NCBI RefSeq assembly: GCF_006345805.1
Contig: NC_043020.1
Coordinates: 26,970,001-27,034,000 of the forward strand
From: Octopus sinensis
Taxonomy: Eukaryota
Direction: 5' to 3'
DNA: 64,000 nt
Positions 24,800-36,570 of this stretch are shown in pieces. Below the pieces are notes generated by a model. It had not been told where the DNA came from, did not search any database, and was given only the letters and a program-made list of their open reading frames with translations. Numbering within the stretch: the first letter of the stretch is position 1; every line of letters begins with the position of its first letter. The position numbers were made by a program, and so were the translations under genes.

Positions 24800-27700
24800 T
24801 GTGTATCACGCTACCAGCGTGTCTGACTCATTACAAGGGTCTCTATGACACTAACATAGATTACACATTCAATGTAACACGCTACAGTAGTCTCCGCGAA
24901 ACACTAGTATACAGTCAATGGGAGACTTAAACTAACTAGTACAGACTGTGTGTCACATTCTGTATGGTTACAGCAGTATTTGACAACTGCTATTCATTCG
25001 TGACGCAACAAGCTGTGACACACCATAGCAGTGTGAAATAGAAGACGGCAGGTTATGACACACGATAGTCTAAATGTTACACTTACAACCTGTGACTGCT
25101 ACATTTTGTAATCTACTACTATAACGACACGTTTGTAGTGTATCATACAGACTAGATATGTCACGAACTGATGGAGTGTTACAGACTGAGATTGCTTTAC
25201 CAAGACCCTAGTTGTGCTATGTTGACTGTAGTAGTGTGTCGCAGTGTCTTGTAATGTCACAACCTGTAGTGTCACAGACTGCAGCGCTGTATCACATGCA
25301 CTGTAGTAGTGTTACATTCTGGCAGCGTTACAAAGACTATAGTTGTGCCAATTAGACTAGTAGTGTGTCACAGATTTCAACGGTTGTAGTACGTTACTGT
25401 TGCTGTATGTCACAGCTTGTATTGTCACATACTCTGGCAGTTTGTCACATAGAGTATAGAAGTGTCAGGGAGTGTAGTAGCGTTACAAAGACTGTGCATG
25501 TGCTACATAGACTGTCGTATGTTGCAGTTTGTAATAATGTTACAAACTCCAGCATTGTGTCCCATATATAGTGGTAGAATCAGAAACAGTGATAGTGATA
25601 AAAGATTGGTAGTATGTCACAGCTTCTAATGTAGCAGATTCCATTAGTATGTCACATAAACTGTAGTCGCATCTCAGGATGTGGCAGTGTTATGTAGTCT
25701 GTAGTTGTGTGTTACAGCCTGTTGTAACATCACAGACTCTTGCAATGTTTCATATGAGTTATAGTAGTGACACACTATGGGAGCATTAAAAAGACTGTAG
25801 TTATGTGGAGTGTTTGTCACACTATGGTAATGCAGACCCCAGCAGTGTATCACAGATATAGGTATTCCATATGAAATTTAGTGGTTTGTCAGATTTGTAT
25901 GACACTAGTACACACTCCTTAGTACAGTTAGTGTGATACACTCTGAAAACATGACACAACTAGTTTGTGACACCCTAGTTGATTCTGTGTGACACACGAC
26001 TATTTTATATGTCACGCTTCATCGTGTGTTATATACACTGGAAGAGTTTGTCATTTTACTACTGTCTGTTATATTCTACAGCAATATACGTAGCATAACA
26101 GAGTTTCTGACACACGTACTGTTTTATGTGACAAAAATACAAGCTTTTGTGACATTGCTATAGACTGAAATACTATTACACTTACTGCTACAGTCTGCAC
26201 CACGTTTCCACAGTCTATTTGACACACATGTGTATCACAGACTGTGCTCTATGTGACATACTGCTGAAGTCCAAGGTGCATTTGACTGAGTATCATTCTA
26301 TGTGATACATTACAATTTGTGACATTCTGTTCTGTGACACATCACTACAAGACTATGTGAAATAATACTATGGTCTGTAACTCACTATCAGTCAATGAGA
26401 GGACACTACAATGCTCCATGCTCTTGTTACTCTCTATATATGACACATAAATAGCTAGATTCTATGTAGCACATATTTATATTTACTGCTATAGTGTGAC
26501 ATTGCAAAACTATAGTGTGGACTGATTACAGAATATGGCACACTGCCCCAATCTGCAGCTATTAAATTTCTATGAGGCACTATTATATAGTCTGTGACAC
26601 AGATACACATACAGTATGTATTTAAAATAGTATTGTAACACAACTACAGGTAATGAGCTAGAATGTAGTATCAAGGTACAAAGGTTGTACAAATATGTAA
26701 CATGGACAAGTAGTGTGTCATAAAGGTTGTAGAACTGTGTCACAGGTTTTGGCACATGTATTAATTACATTACTAATAATGGTGTGGTATATAGGTAGAA
26801 ATAGTGTCTTGCTATCATATAGTATCCAGGTAGTTGTATACACTGTATATATAGTAACATATTATTGTAGTGTAGCACGGTATGTCACATGAAATATGGA
26901 TGTATCACTACTGAAATTCGTGTAAACACTACAGCATAGTATGAAAGATATTTCTAAAGTCTCTGATGTCACAATACAACTTGTAACTATAGTCTGTGAC
27001 ACAGACTATAGAATTGCACATGTCAATACTACAATGAATGTGACTCACTGTAGATGGCACGTGATACACCACAATAGTCTCAGTGTAACATTACAGTAGT
27101 CTGTGTTTTATGTAACTGTAGTCTGTGTGACACAACTACAGCCAATATGGTACACTACCACCATTGCATGTGCAGAATTATTTCAGCCGATGTAACGTTC
27201 TACAACAGTCTGATATACGTTTAGTCTGTGACAGTGCATTGGACTGTTACTGCTAACATTTATGACACTGTCACAAATTGTGTAACACTGCATCTCTTAT
27301 GCCATTCTCACAATCTCCTTGATACACTACTATAATCTGTCATACTACACTTGTCTGTTAGTCCTGAAGCGTGCCACTTAGACTATAATACTATGTTACT
27401 ACAGACTATAATACTATGTTACTTACCAAGGCTTGTGACACTGGTACAAACTATATAGCACTATGATGGTCACTGTGACTTACAATCTACGATTACTCGT
27501 CTAATTGACACAGTACTATAATCTGTGTCACTGCTAACGTTTGTGTCTCTGCTACAGACTGTAACACAACAATAGCCATTGTAACTTACAGACTAAGTAA
27601 TTGTTACAGTCTGTGTGACAGGCCACTACCTTGTATGACACAAGATGTGACAAAACTTATTACACTGTTTGAAACACTTTAGCACAATGGCGTTGTTTTT

Positions 27701-28080
27701 GTAACACAAAGCCTATTTATGTATTGTACCTTGTGGTTGTTACCACAGTACGTGTAACACACTGCACTAGTTTTATATGTTACATTACAAAAATTTAAAT
27801 CCCTAATACTCAAATTTTTTGTGATTAGAATAGTTTATAAAATACACTAACTCATGCTATGTAACTGTTATGGTAACCCACTCCACTACTGGTGTCAATG
27901 CCTGACTATTACAATCGCTCGTTTACTATGTTACTACTGTACTGTATATGTTGCTATTAAAGTCTGTGACAATACAATAAGCTATACAGGCACTGCTACT
28001 ACCTATCTGTCTGAGACTGCCATCTATGTAACAAAGTGATAAAGTCTATGTGACCAAACTACTGCCTTTGTGACAGTAGT
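24800..28080. repeat. Highly degenerate array of about 15-20-nt units, consensus near GTGTCACAGACTGTAGTA, in orientation-switching blocks
   Basis: Dozens of gtgtcac/gtgttac/gtatcac and tgtgacac/tatgacac cores linked by actgtagt/actacagt-like segments, e.g. ctgtagtgtcacagactgcag (about 25265) and actgtagtctgtgtgacacaactacag (about 27114). Confidence 0.8.
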
Positions 28081-28639
28081 TCCACATTTTGCTAATTTCA
28101 AGATCTTTATTTTTGCTCAGTTTTTGGTAGGTCTTGACAGATACGTTTATATCGATTGAGACAGTCATATCAATGAGGAGGCATGATTGTAGGCTTTGAA
28201 GGGGTCAGTTGGGGAGTCAGGTGCCAATTTGAGCTTCCCTTCGTTGTTCAGGTGACCAGGATATATGGAGTTCCTCGGTTGTGCCTCAGAGGAACTCGTT
28301 TTTTTTTTTGGTGGTGGTGGTGGTGGATCCTTTAAATTTATTTTATGCACGAAATTGTCCCAAACTCCATTTAACCCTTGTGTTGTAGTGCCCCCTGTCT
28401 ATTTTGTGTTTGGTCCTTGTGACCTAAAGAAACATTATTACTATTATTGAACAGTAGGGTCGATGTAATCGACTCATCCCTTCTCTCAAATTGCTGTCCT
28501 TATAGAAAAATTTGAAACCATTATTATTATTATATTATTATTATTATTATTATTATATTATTATTATTATTATTATTTTTATCATTATTATTGTTATCAT
28601 TATTATTGTTATCATTATTATTGCTGTTGTTATTATTAT

Positions 28640-29560
28640 ACTTGTTTATGTACACTACTGCTCATAATGGTTATATTATATATTTATGAAGTCTCATTAA
28701 CTATGTAAGGGGCGTTTACAATAATCTACGAGACATATTTTGCTACAGCAGCTTATACATCTTCTATAAGCTTTGTGACACACTATAGAAACCTATGTGT
28801 CTATTACAGGCTCTGCGTATGTGATACTCAAATTTATGTGGCTTATAAGCTTGTCTACGTAACAAAATGCTACAGTGTACATGAACGAAGGATATCACTG
28901 GAGTTTGCGACTACTAACTCTACGCGACACACTGCAAACTCCATGCGTGGCACATTGTTACTATGTGCGACACTTAGAGTCACACTAGCCAGTGTGACTC
29001 TAAATGAGTACAGACTCTGTCACATCGGGAATCGGTCTACGTGGCTTAAAACTGACGCTACGTTACGCAACGATCAATGTGACTCTAAAAAAAAAAACAG
29101 ACTCCGACTCGCTACGAAGGTCTATGTGACACACAAATACTCTGTGACAGTATGTTACACACCGGCCAATATGACTCTACATATGCACAGACAGTGACAC
29201 AATGCCACGACCTATGTGACAGTAATACAGTTCTCTGTCACTCACTGCACACAAACCTTAGAATTTGCAATCTATGTCGCAGCCGCTAGTATATTACGCA
29301 ATACAACTAATTCTATAGGCGGAATACAATCCAGTCTACGTGGATCACTGCCAAACCCTTTGTGACATCTGAGATCTCTGTGACACTGTTAGAATCGATG
29401 TGAACAAGTACAGCTTAAATATTGCTATCGTGTAATCTGTACCATTATACATTACATAACATTCCATCTGACATGAGAACGTCGGAGATGCATTACGAAG
29501 CCTTACACAACAGCCTCAGTTCGGCTACTATAACCCACGTATATACGTATATACTGCAAC
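28640..29560. repeat. Continuation of the degenerate TGTGACAC array after an insertion block
   Basis: ctttgtgacacactatag, ctatgtgacacacaaatactctgtgacag, ctctgtgacactgttag and similar; separated from the first part by SINE-B and (ATT)n sequence at 28.1-28.6 kb. Confidence 0.75.
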
Positions 29561-29573
29561 AGTTTACAGTGTG

Positions 29574-29623
<50 letters not shown>

Positions 29624-29793
29624 GAGGCAGAGGGGGTTTGTGTCTAATGACGTAATGTAGTAGGCATACACAAGTGCTCAAGTTGACATGCCATCTGTAA
29701 CTCTTGACTTGAACTGCGACTAAAGAAGCAGTGGTGTTATATCTACTTAACAGCGAATGGTTTATCCTTGACTACCGTATAATAGTACTGTTG

Positions 29794-29856
<63 letters not shown>

Positions 29857-29880
29857 ATCTATCTATCTGTAATACATATT

Positions 29881-29995
29881 TATGTTCTGAGTTCAAATTC
29901 CGCCGAGGTCGACTTTGCCTTTCAGCATTTTAGGGTCGATAAATTAAGTACCAGTTACGCACTGGGGTCGATATAATCGACTTGCCCCTTCCTGC
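29881..29995 (+). mobile_element. SINE family B fragment
   Basis: gttctgagttcaaattccgccgaggtcgactttgcctttcagcattttagggtcgataaattaagtaccagttacgcactggggtcgat. Confidence 0.9.
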
Positions 29996-30012
29996 AAAAA
30001 AAATATTTTTGA

Positions 30013-30072
<60 letters not shown>

Positions 30073-30106
30073 TTATCTGTCTGTCTGTCTGTCTGTCTGT
30101 CATCTA

Positions 30107-30141
<35 letters not shown>

Positions 30142-30191
30142 TTTTGACCGAGTCTCCTGTTTTATTCTGCGCTCTTTTATATACTGTAACT

Positions 30192-30571
30192 CTAAGGTTC
30201 TAAACCCATTTTGGCCAAAAGGCTCCCCTTTTGACTCTTGGAGTCACAAATGGCACCCCCTAGAAAATATTTTTATTTTTCAATATACAACTTATTTTGA
30301 CATCGGCAGATAGTGATTAAAAAATAAAGGACGTCGCTTTACTCATACGCTTGTGCGCAGTCGGGAGTAGAAATTGTACAAATTGAAATGCAAAAAAAAA
30401 TAATGAATGAAATAATTGAAAGTTTGATGATCGTGTTTATTTCGACCACACCACGACACTTATGAGATCAACGTGTTGTCTATCGAAGGAGTGCTCTTTG
30501 GTACAAAAGCGCCCACTTTGCTCCAAAGCGCACCCCCTCGAGCTCCAAATGGGCCCCGTTGAGAACCTTTG
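30192..30571. mobile_element. About 380-bp hAT-type MITE with decayed 8-bp TSD
   Basis: Left ctaaggttctaaac; right gttgagaacctttg (reverse complement caaaggttctcaac). Flanks ctgtaact and ctctaatt match at 6/8. Confidence 0.7.
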
Positions 30572-30741
30572 CTCTAATTCATTCAAAGGCATATGGATAC
30601 CAAGCGTAAATCTGTGAACAGATCATTTTATTCTTGACTGGAATTGGTATGTGATTGGTACTTAGAGTTCTACGCGTTGGTTGACTGTTCTAGTTCCTCA
30701 TACGAAATATCAACTTTGCAACATCACACACACACACACAC

Positions 30742-31152
30742 ATGCTTGTGCATGGCTGTGTGGTCAAGGACCTCATTTTGCATCCCTGCTCTTTCGGGTT
30801 CAGTTCTACTCCGCGGCACCTTGACCAAGTGCCTTCAGCTGTACATTCGGACCGACCAGTGCTTCGTCACTGTAATTGGTAGGCAGAAACTACTGAAGTC
30901 CGTCGAGTATGTGTGTGTGTCTTAGTGTAAGTGTTCCCACCGCCATCACCGCTTGACAACCGGTGTTGGTTTGCTTACACCCCTATAACTTAGCGATTCA
31001 GCAGAAGAGACTGATAGAATAAGTACCAAGCTATAAAAAAAAAAAAAATAGGTACTGGGATCAATCTATTCGACGAAACATTCTTCAAGTCGGTGCCCCA
31101 GCATGGCCGCAATCTAATGACTGAAACATCTAAAATACAAACGAAAAAGATT
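30742..31152 (+). mobile_element. SINE family A, first of three head-to-tail copies
   Basis: catggctgtgtggtcaagg...gggttcagttctac...gtgccccagcatggccgcaatctaatgactgaaac. Confidence 0.9.
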
Positions 31153-31157
31153 ATATA

Positions 31158-31503
31158 TGGCGCAGGAGTAGCCGTGTGGTAAGAAGGTTGTTTCCCAACC
31201 ACATGTTTCCTGGTTCTGTTCCACTGCGTGGAACCTTGGACAAGTCTCTTCTACTATAGCCTCGTGAGTGGATTTGACGGACGGAGACTGAAGGAAGCCC
31301 GTGGAATATATGCGTGTATGTGTGTGTCCACCATCGCTTGACAACCGATGTTGGTGCGTTTACGTCCCCGTAATTTAACGGATCGACAAAAGACACCGAT
31401 AGAATAAGTACTAAGCTTACAAAGAATAAGTCCTGGGGTCAATTTGTTCGACTTAATGTGGTGCTCCTACATGGCCGCAGTCAAATGACTGAAACAGGAA
31501 AAA

Positions 31504-31506
<3 letters not shown>
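31158..31506 (+). mobile_element. SINE family A, second tandem copy
   Basis: ggcgcaggagtagccgtgtggtaagaagg...tacatggccgcagtcaaatgactgaaacaggaaaaaga. Confidence 0.92.
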
Positions 31507-31535
<29 letters not shown>

Positions 31536-31539
<4 letters not shown>

Positions 31540-31933
31540 GCAGGAGTGGGTGTGTGGTAAGTAGCTTGCTTACCAACAACATGGTTCCAGGTTCATTCCC
31601 ACTTTGTAGCACCTTTGGCAAGTTTCTTCTACTATAGCTTGGGGCCGACCAAAGACTTGTGAGTAGATTTGGTAGATGGAAACTGAAAGAAGCCCGTCGT
31701 ATATATGTATATATATATATGTGTGTATGTTTGTATGTCTGTATTTGTCCCCACCAACATCGCTTGACAACCGATGGTGGTGTGTTTACGTCCCCGTAAC
31801 TTAGCGGTTCGGCAAAAAGACCGATAAAATAAGTACTAGGTTTACAAAGAATAATTCCTGGGGGGTGATTTGGTCGACTAAAAGGCGGTGCTCCAGCATG
31901 GCCACAGTCAAATGACTGAAACAAGTAAAAGAG
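31536..31933 (+). mobile_element. SINE family A, third tandem copy (best preserved)
   Basis: gaagcaggagtgggtgtgtggtaagtagcttgc...ggcggtgctccagcatggccacagtcaaatgactgaaacaagtaaaagag. Confidence 0.95.
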
Positions 31934-31991
<58 letters not shown>

Positions 31992-32140
31992 TAGAGAAAG
32001 AGAGAGATGGTTAGTGTGTATGCTGTAATAAAATTTGCATATTGCAAATTAAAGGATAGCATAAGGATGTCCATCTATGGCGTTGGTTTTTCTCTGTTTA
32101 GCGTTTATTGTTGTCCTTCCATACATCTGCAGTTACCTAC

Positions 32141-32420
32141 CTGCTCGGTATAGGACTTGGATAGCAAGAAGCGGAGCAGTGTGATTCGCTAACTGCAGAG
32201 GAAAAGCAGCAAAAGCTAGCGTCGTGGATATGTTCAGATTGCATGTGAGTGAAAGACCAAAGCGGAGAAGCGAAGAACAAATAACAACCAGAGAATAGTT
32301 GAAACTAGTTGCTGCATAGGCGAAGTGGTTACAACTGCAGCCTGTTTGGTGCGGTGGTTGAATATGGATGAGAGAGAGAGAGAGACGGCGGCGGCGGAGA
32401 GCGTATGTGTGTGTCGTCTG
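32141..32420 (-). other. Candidate non-coding (5' UTR) exon of an unidentified host gene
   Basis: Strong minus-strand donor CAG|GTAGGT at 32141/32140. About 280 nt of unique non-TE sequence upstream with a (CCG)/(CT) leader. CTCF-like and CCAAT-like motifs just upstream. 5' boundary not defined. Confidence 0.35.
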
Positions 32421-32487
32421 CGTTAAGAGTGCGATCCAAAATAACCGGGAACCTACCCTGGTAGAGAATGAATGCTGATTGACGACA

Positions 32488-32501
32488 CCACCAGAGGGAG
32501 C
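32488..32501 (+). promoter_or_regulatory. CTCF-like binding motif
   Basis: CCACCAGAGGGAGC fits the bilaterian CTCF core CCASYAGRKGGCRS except for A at position 12. Confidence 0.5.
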
Positions 32502-32555
32502 TTTTATGCAGTAAGGAAGGTTGTCAAAAGCATTGTGACTACAAACACTCACACA

Positions 32556-32593
<38 letters not shown>

Positions 32594-32634
32594 GCACGCA
32601 CGTGTATACTTACGCACTCACAGTCTTTTGTTAA

Positions 32635-32975
32635 TGTTTTTACTTGTTGCGGCCATACTGTAGCACTGCTTTGTGTTTTGTTCGATCAAATTGACATCAG
32701 CACTTACGTTGTATCTCTTTTTTTGGCGTAACTTCGGTATAGGTATCGGAAGTACCGGATGCATTTCAACAAAGTGTTGTTTTTTTCTATATATATGGGG
32801 GGTTAGGGTTAGGGGTGGGAGAAAAGGGTTTCTGTTATCTTCAGAAATGTCAACAAAGACACAGTACTTATACCGAAGGATCGCCCCTTTTTTATGTTTG
32901 GTACTTATTCCGTCGGTTTCTTCTATCGAACCGTGAAGTTATGCTGACGTAAACAAATCAACAGCGAGCGGCGGT
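32635..32975 (-). mobile_element. SINE family A 3' half interrupted by TIR element T1
   Basis: ttttacttgttgcggccatactgtagcactgcttt before the insertion; ggtacttattccgtcggtttcttctatcgaaccgtgaagttatgctgacgtaaac after it. Confidence 0.75.
32725..32885. mobile_element. TIR element family T1, second copy (opposite orientation to 581-770)
   Basis: ggcgtaacttcggtataggtatcggaagtaccgg...ggggttagggttaggggtgggagaaaagggtttctgttatcttcagaaatgt...tataccgaaggatcgcc. Confidence 0.85.
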
Positions 32976-33152
32976 GCCTGACGAACGCTCGAGCGCGCGC
33001 ACAAATGGGGTTTCCGTTTTGACTGTCGGAAAACGGAACATTCGACAATCACTGAAGAAATTAAGAATACAGATTATTTCGGTCGAGCCATAATTTGCCT
33101 GAAGACCCCGCTGCATCGACAGGTGAAAACTGAAAGTAGCAATAAAATATAT

Positions 33153-33300
33153 ATGAGCTTCCGCACAGTTTCCGTTTCTTGAATTCAGTTACAAGGCATT
33201 GGTCGACCCGGGGCTATAGCAGACAATGGTGCTTGCTGCACTCTGCGACTGAAACACGAACCACATGATTACAAAGCGAACTTCTTACCAACGTAAAGCC
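33153..33300 (-). mobile_element. SINE family A, 5' half
   Basis: gcttccgcacagtttccg...acaaggcattggtcgacccggggctatagcagac...gaaccacatgatt...cttcttacc. Confidence 0.8.
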
Positions 33301-33738
33301 GAGAACTTTTCAACTATTCACCCCCCCCCCGCGCGTGCATAACTGCACTCTAACAAAACGTGCAGTGCATCTGTATGTCTGTATTCACATACATTCATAT
33401 TCTGCTCTCCGAGTTCAAATCCTCGCTTTCATCATTTCGAAGTCGATAGAAAGGATCAATTTGGAAAGACGTCAAGAGTTATTTGTGGAGTGCCTTGCAT
33501 TCGTGATGTCTTCTGGGACTTTTGCATTCTGACGACAACACATGCGCCGTCACTGGTGCGAATCAATATCGAGCTTTGCCCGCTCGTTAGCCATGGTCCA
33601 TGGAGTGGAGGATGGAGACGTGCAGGCATTAGAAAGTTTATGGTGGTTCCCTAAAAAAACCTTGCCCAGGTTAGCTTCTTGGAGGAGAATGTTCCTGGTA
33701 GAGAGATTCTTGGCCTGCCATGGCTGAAGGTATTTCCA

Positions 33739-33770
<32 letters not shown>

Positions 33771-33774
33771 AACG

Positions 33775-33875
33775 GTGGGATGGTCAGAGTTGGAACGTTC
33801 TTAACCCTAACCCTAATATGTCAGCTCTGATCAGGACTAGGATTGAACTTAGGGTTAAACAAACATCAACTATAA
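33775..33875 (-). mobile_element. Short interspersed family F (ttaaccc...gttcca(a/g)c...tgaccatccc), here with a (TTAGGG)2-like insert
   Basis: Reverse complement aligns with 42950-43030. Related copies at about 13996-14070, 23995-24065, 24220-24290, 34860-35170, 42490-42520 and 43130-43165. Confidence 0.7.
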
Positions 33876-34007
33876 GCGTTAAAATTAAGAGTGCATAAAT
33901 GTATGCACATGAATGTATTTGTGTATATGTGCACGTGAGAATGCATGTATGCATGTTTGCACGACTGCAAAATATCAAGGAAAATAATCAGGTATCAATT
34001 GGTCTGC

Positions 34008-34100
<93 letters not shown>

Positions 34101-35179
34101 GATATTATAGGTGTATGTGAGTGTAAGTGTCGAGAGAGAGAGAGAGAGAGAGAGGGGAGGGCATGTTAAGCAGTTCTCCATTCCAATCATAAACTCCATC
34201 GCTTTCTGTGATGTTATCTGAAGTCCAGAACTGTGGATTGGCAGCGTCGTTTGAGCAGCCGACAAAATGTCGTCTGGCATTTCTTCCGACGACTGCTTGA
34301 GACTTCAAATTACATCGAAATCAAACCTTGCCATCCTTTCAAATCTCCCATCCTTTCAAAATCAATAAAATGAAGAAACAATCGAGTACTGAAGCTCGAT
34401 GTACTCTACAAGCTCCTTGTACCGAAATCAGAAACCTTTTTAAAGGTTTGATGTTCCTTTTCAAAGAATCGTAATGGATGCCATGACCATCACACCTGAA
34501 ATCAACCTACACCAGCTAAATGTATAACAATGACACCCTTCTCATTGTCAGACGATGATTGCGATGATGATATCCGTTATTGCCATGAATCCCAGAAGTC
34601 TGAGACAAACCTAGGGGCTCAAAATTTTAACTTTTATCTTTTAATTGCGTTCAGCGTTGAATGAAGAAATATGTTTTGCTTCGAACTTTGCGAATAACAA
34701 AGTTGAACCAATATATTTTTTTATCTGTTTCGTTATAATTCGCCCATGATCATAAGTCTCCGGAAACTACCGAATCAACTTCGTGAGAGTTCGCTGACTT
34801 CGAAACTTATTGTTGTGGTTGACTTTCAGTCATTGCTCAGGACGGATTCGGCAGATCTGTGATCAACGGCGTTACAACCGTGACAACCATGACTTTTTAA
34901 AATCTCAGTTTAAATTTTTATCTAGGATAGCCTTATTTAATGTGGTTATTATTTCTGCTGTTGTTAATCCTGATCAAATAAACCGATGATGACAAACATT
35001 CCAACCGTGACCACCCTGTCCATTACGTAGCCAAACTGAACGCAGGACCAACCGCATTGGCTCGTTTAAATGTTTTTTTTTTGTTATTATAGGTTTGTTT
35101 AAACCCCAGGTCAATCTCAGTTGATCTATAACCAAAAACGGTCCATTTATGACCAACCTGCTTTTATCCCAGTCTTTTG

Positions 35180-35468
35180 GATTCGGGTTCACTTCTACTC
35201 TGCGGACGCTCCTGCTATAGCCCCGGGTCGACCGATGCCTTGTGAGTGAATTTGATAGACGGAAACTTTGTGAAACCTCGTCGTGTATACAACCGATGTT
35301 GGTTTGTTAACCCCTTAATTTGGCGGTTTTGGGGTAAGATAAAAAAACTCCCGATAGAATAAATACGGAGTTATAGGGAAAAGATACTAAGGTTGACTTG
35401 TTTGACTAAACCATAGAAGTTCGTGCCCCAGCGTGGTCGCAATCCAATGACTAAAACAAGTACAAAAT
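35180..35468 (+). mobile_element. SINE family A, decayed
   Basis: ctatagccccgggtcgaccgatgccttgtgagtgaatttgatagacggaaac...gtgccccagcgtggtcgcaatccaatgactaaaacaagtacaaaa. Confidence 0.85.
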
Positions 35469-35814
35469 ATTTAATAAAATAATTTTCTCCTGATATGGCC
35501 ATTTCATTTGACGGTTGCTGATGTAAACCACCATTTTTGCTGACGTGAATCGCACAATGCATTGATGACGTAGTCTGTTATTAAGTCTATTCGAAACCAA
35601 AGAATTGCTTTTTCCTTTCTTTTTTATTTAACCTCAATTCATTTCGCTCTTTATTGCGCATTTCATTTCGTGATTACATAACGGCTTCTGCGTCTTTTAT
35701 GCCTATAATCGCGTGTATATATGCGTGTATGGATATATATATATATATATATATGCTTATATGTATGTACAAGTGTATAACTGCATATATATGCGCACGC
35801 ACTCACACATTTCC

Positions 35815-35865
<51 letters not shown>

Positions 35866-35921
35866 TACACACCTGCATTTATAGGTACATATTTGTATAT
35901 ATATGTATGTATGTATACATA

Positions 35922-35966
<45 letters not shown>

Positions 35967-36013
35967 CACACACACAAATAGATATGTATTCATGTCTATC
36001 TGTCTCTGTCTGC

Positions 36014-36068
<55 letters not shown>

Positions 36069-36114
36069 CATACACATCTATCTATCTGTCTCTCTCCATA
36101 TATATATATGTATA

Positions 36115-36139
36115 ATTCGTGTATAATGTAGGTGCGTGT

Positions 36140-36199
<60 letters not shown>

Positions 36200-36231
36200 T
36201 ATGTCCACACGCACCTACATTATACACGAAT
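36115..36231. repeat. Perfect inverted repeat (32-bp arms) centred on (TA)n
   Basis: attcgtgtataatgtaggtgcgtgtggacata...(TA)n...tatgtccacacgcacctacattatacacgaat. Confidence 0.97.
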
Positions 36232-36369
36232 GCATACAGGTGTCCGTGAATATATGTTATGCTCGTGTGCGTATGTAAGTTCCATACATACATACATAAC
36301 ATACATACTATATTTCATTCGATTTGTTGTATTTAATGCAATTATTGCCAAAGAAATAAAACGAACTCG

Positions 36370-36570
36370 TTTCACTCCGTCCCGCCTCGTTCTCGCATGC
36401 GACTTCCACTGTTAACTATTGCATTTCATTTTGTCGTTATTTAATCTGATGAGTCATCACTTCCGCTAGTAAGTCTGGCATTTGTATTATTGTACGGCCG
36501 AACAGCGATATCGCATTGTCATTGGTCAACCGAGACACCAATCAGCGCTCAGCAAGAGCTCAGTTGTTGT
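36370..36570. promoter_or_regulatory. Promoter-like motif cluster
   Basis: GC-box-like cccgcc 36381; TCGCATGCGA 36393; TGAGTCA inside a tgatgagtcatca dyad 36447-36459; CACTTCCG 36458; ATTGG 36521 and CCAATCAG 36538; Inr-like TCAGTT 36560. Confidence 0.4.

Noticed and set aside
32728-32741. loxP-like half site (GTAACTTCGGTATA versus ATAACTTCGTATA) in the T1 TIR
   Set aside because: Needs a gap and a mismatch, and has no 8-bp spacer with a second arm; likely coincidence.
33540-33735. RTE-like ORF2 remnant on the minus strand (W.AKNLSTR...PWTMANERAKLD)
   Set aside because: Only loose resemblance, needing a roughly 20-aa insertion; not supportable without a profile search.
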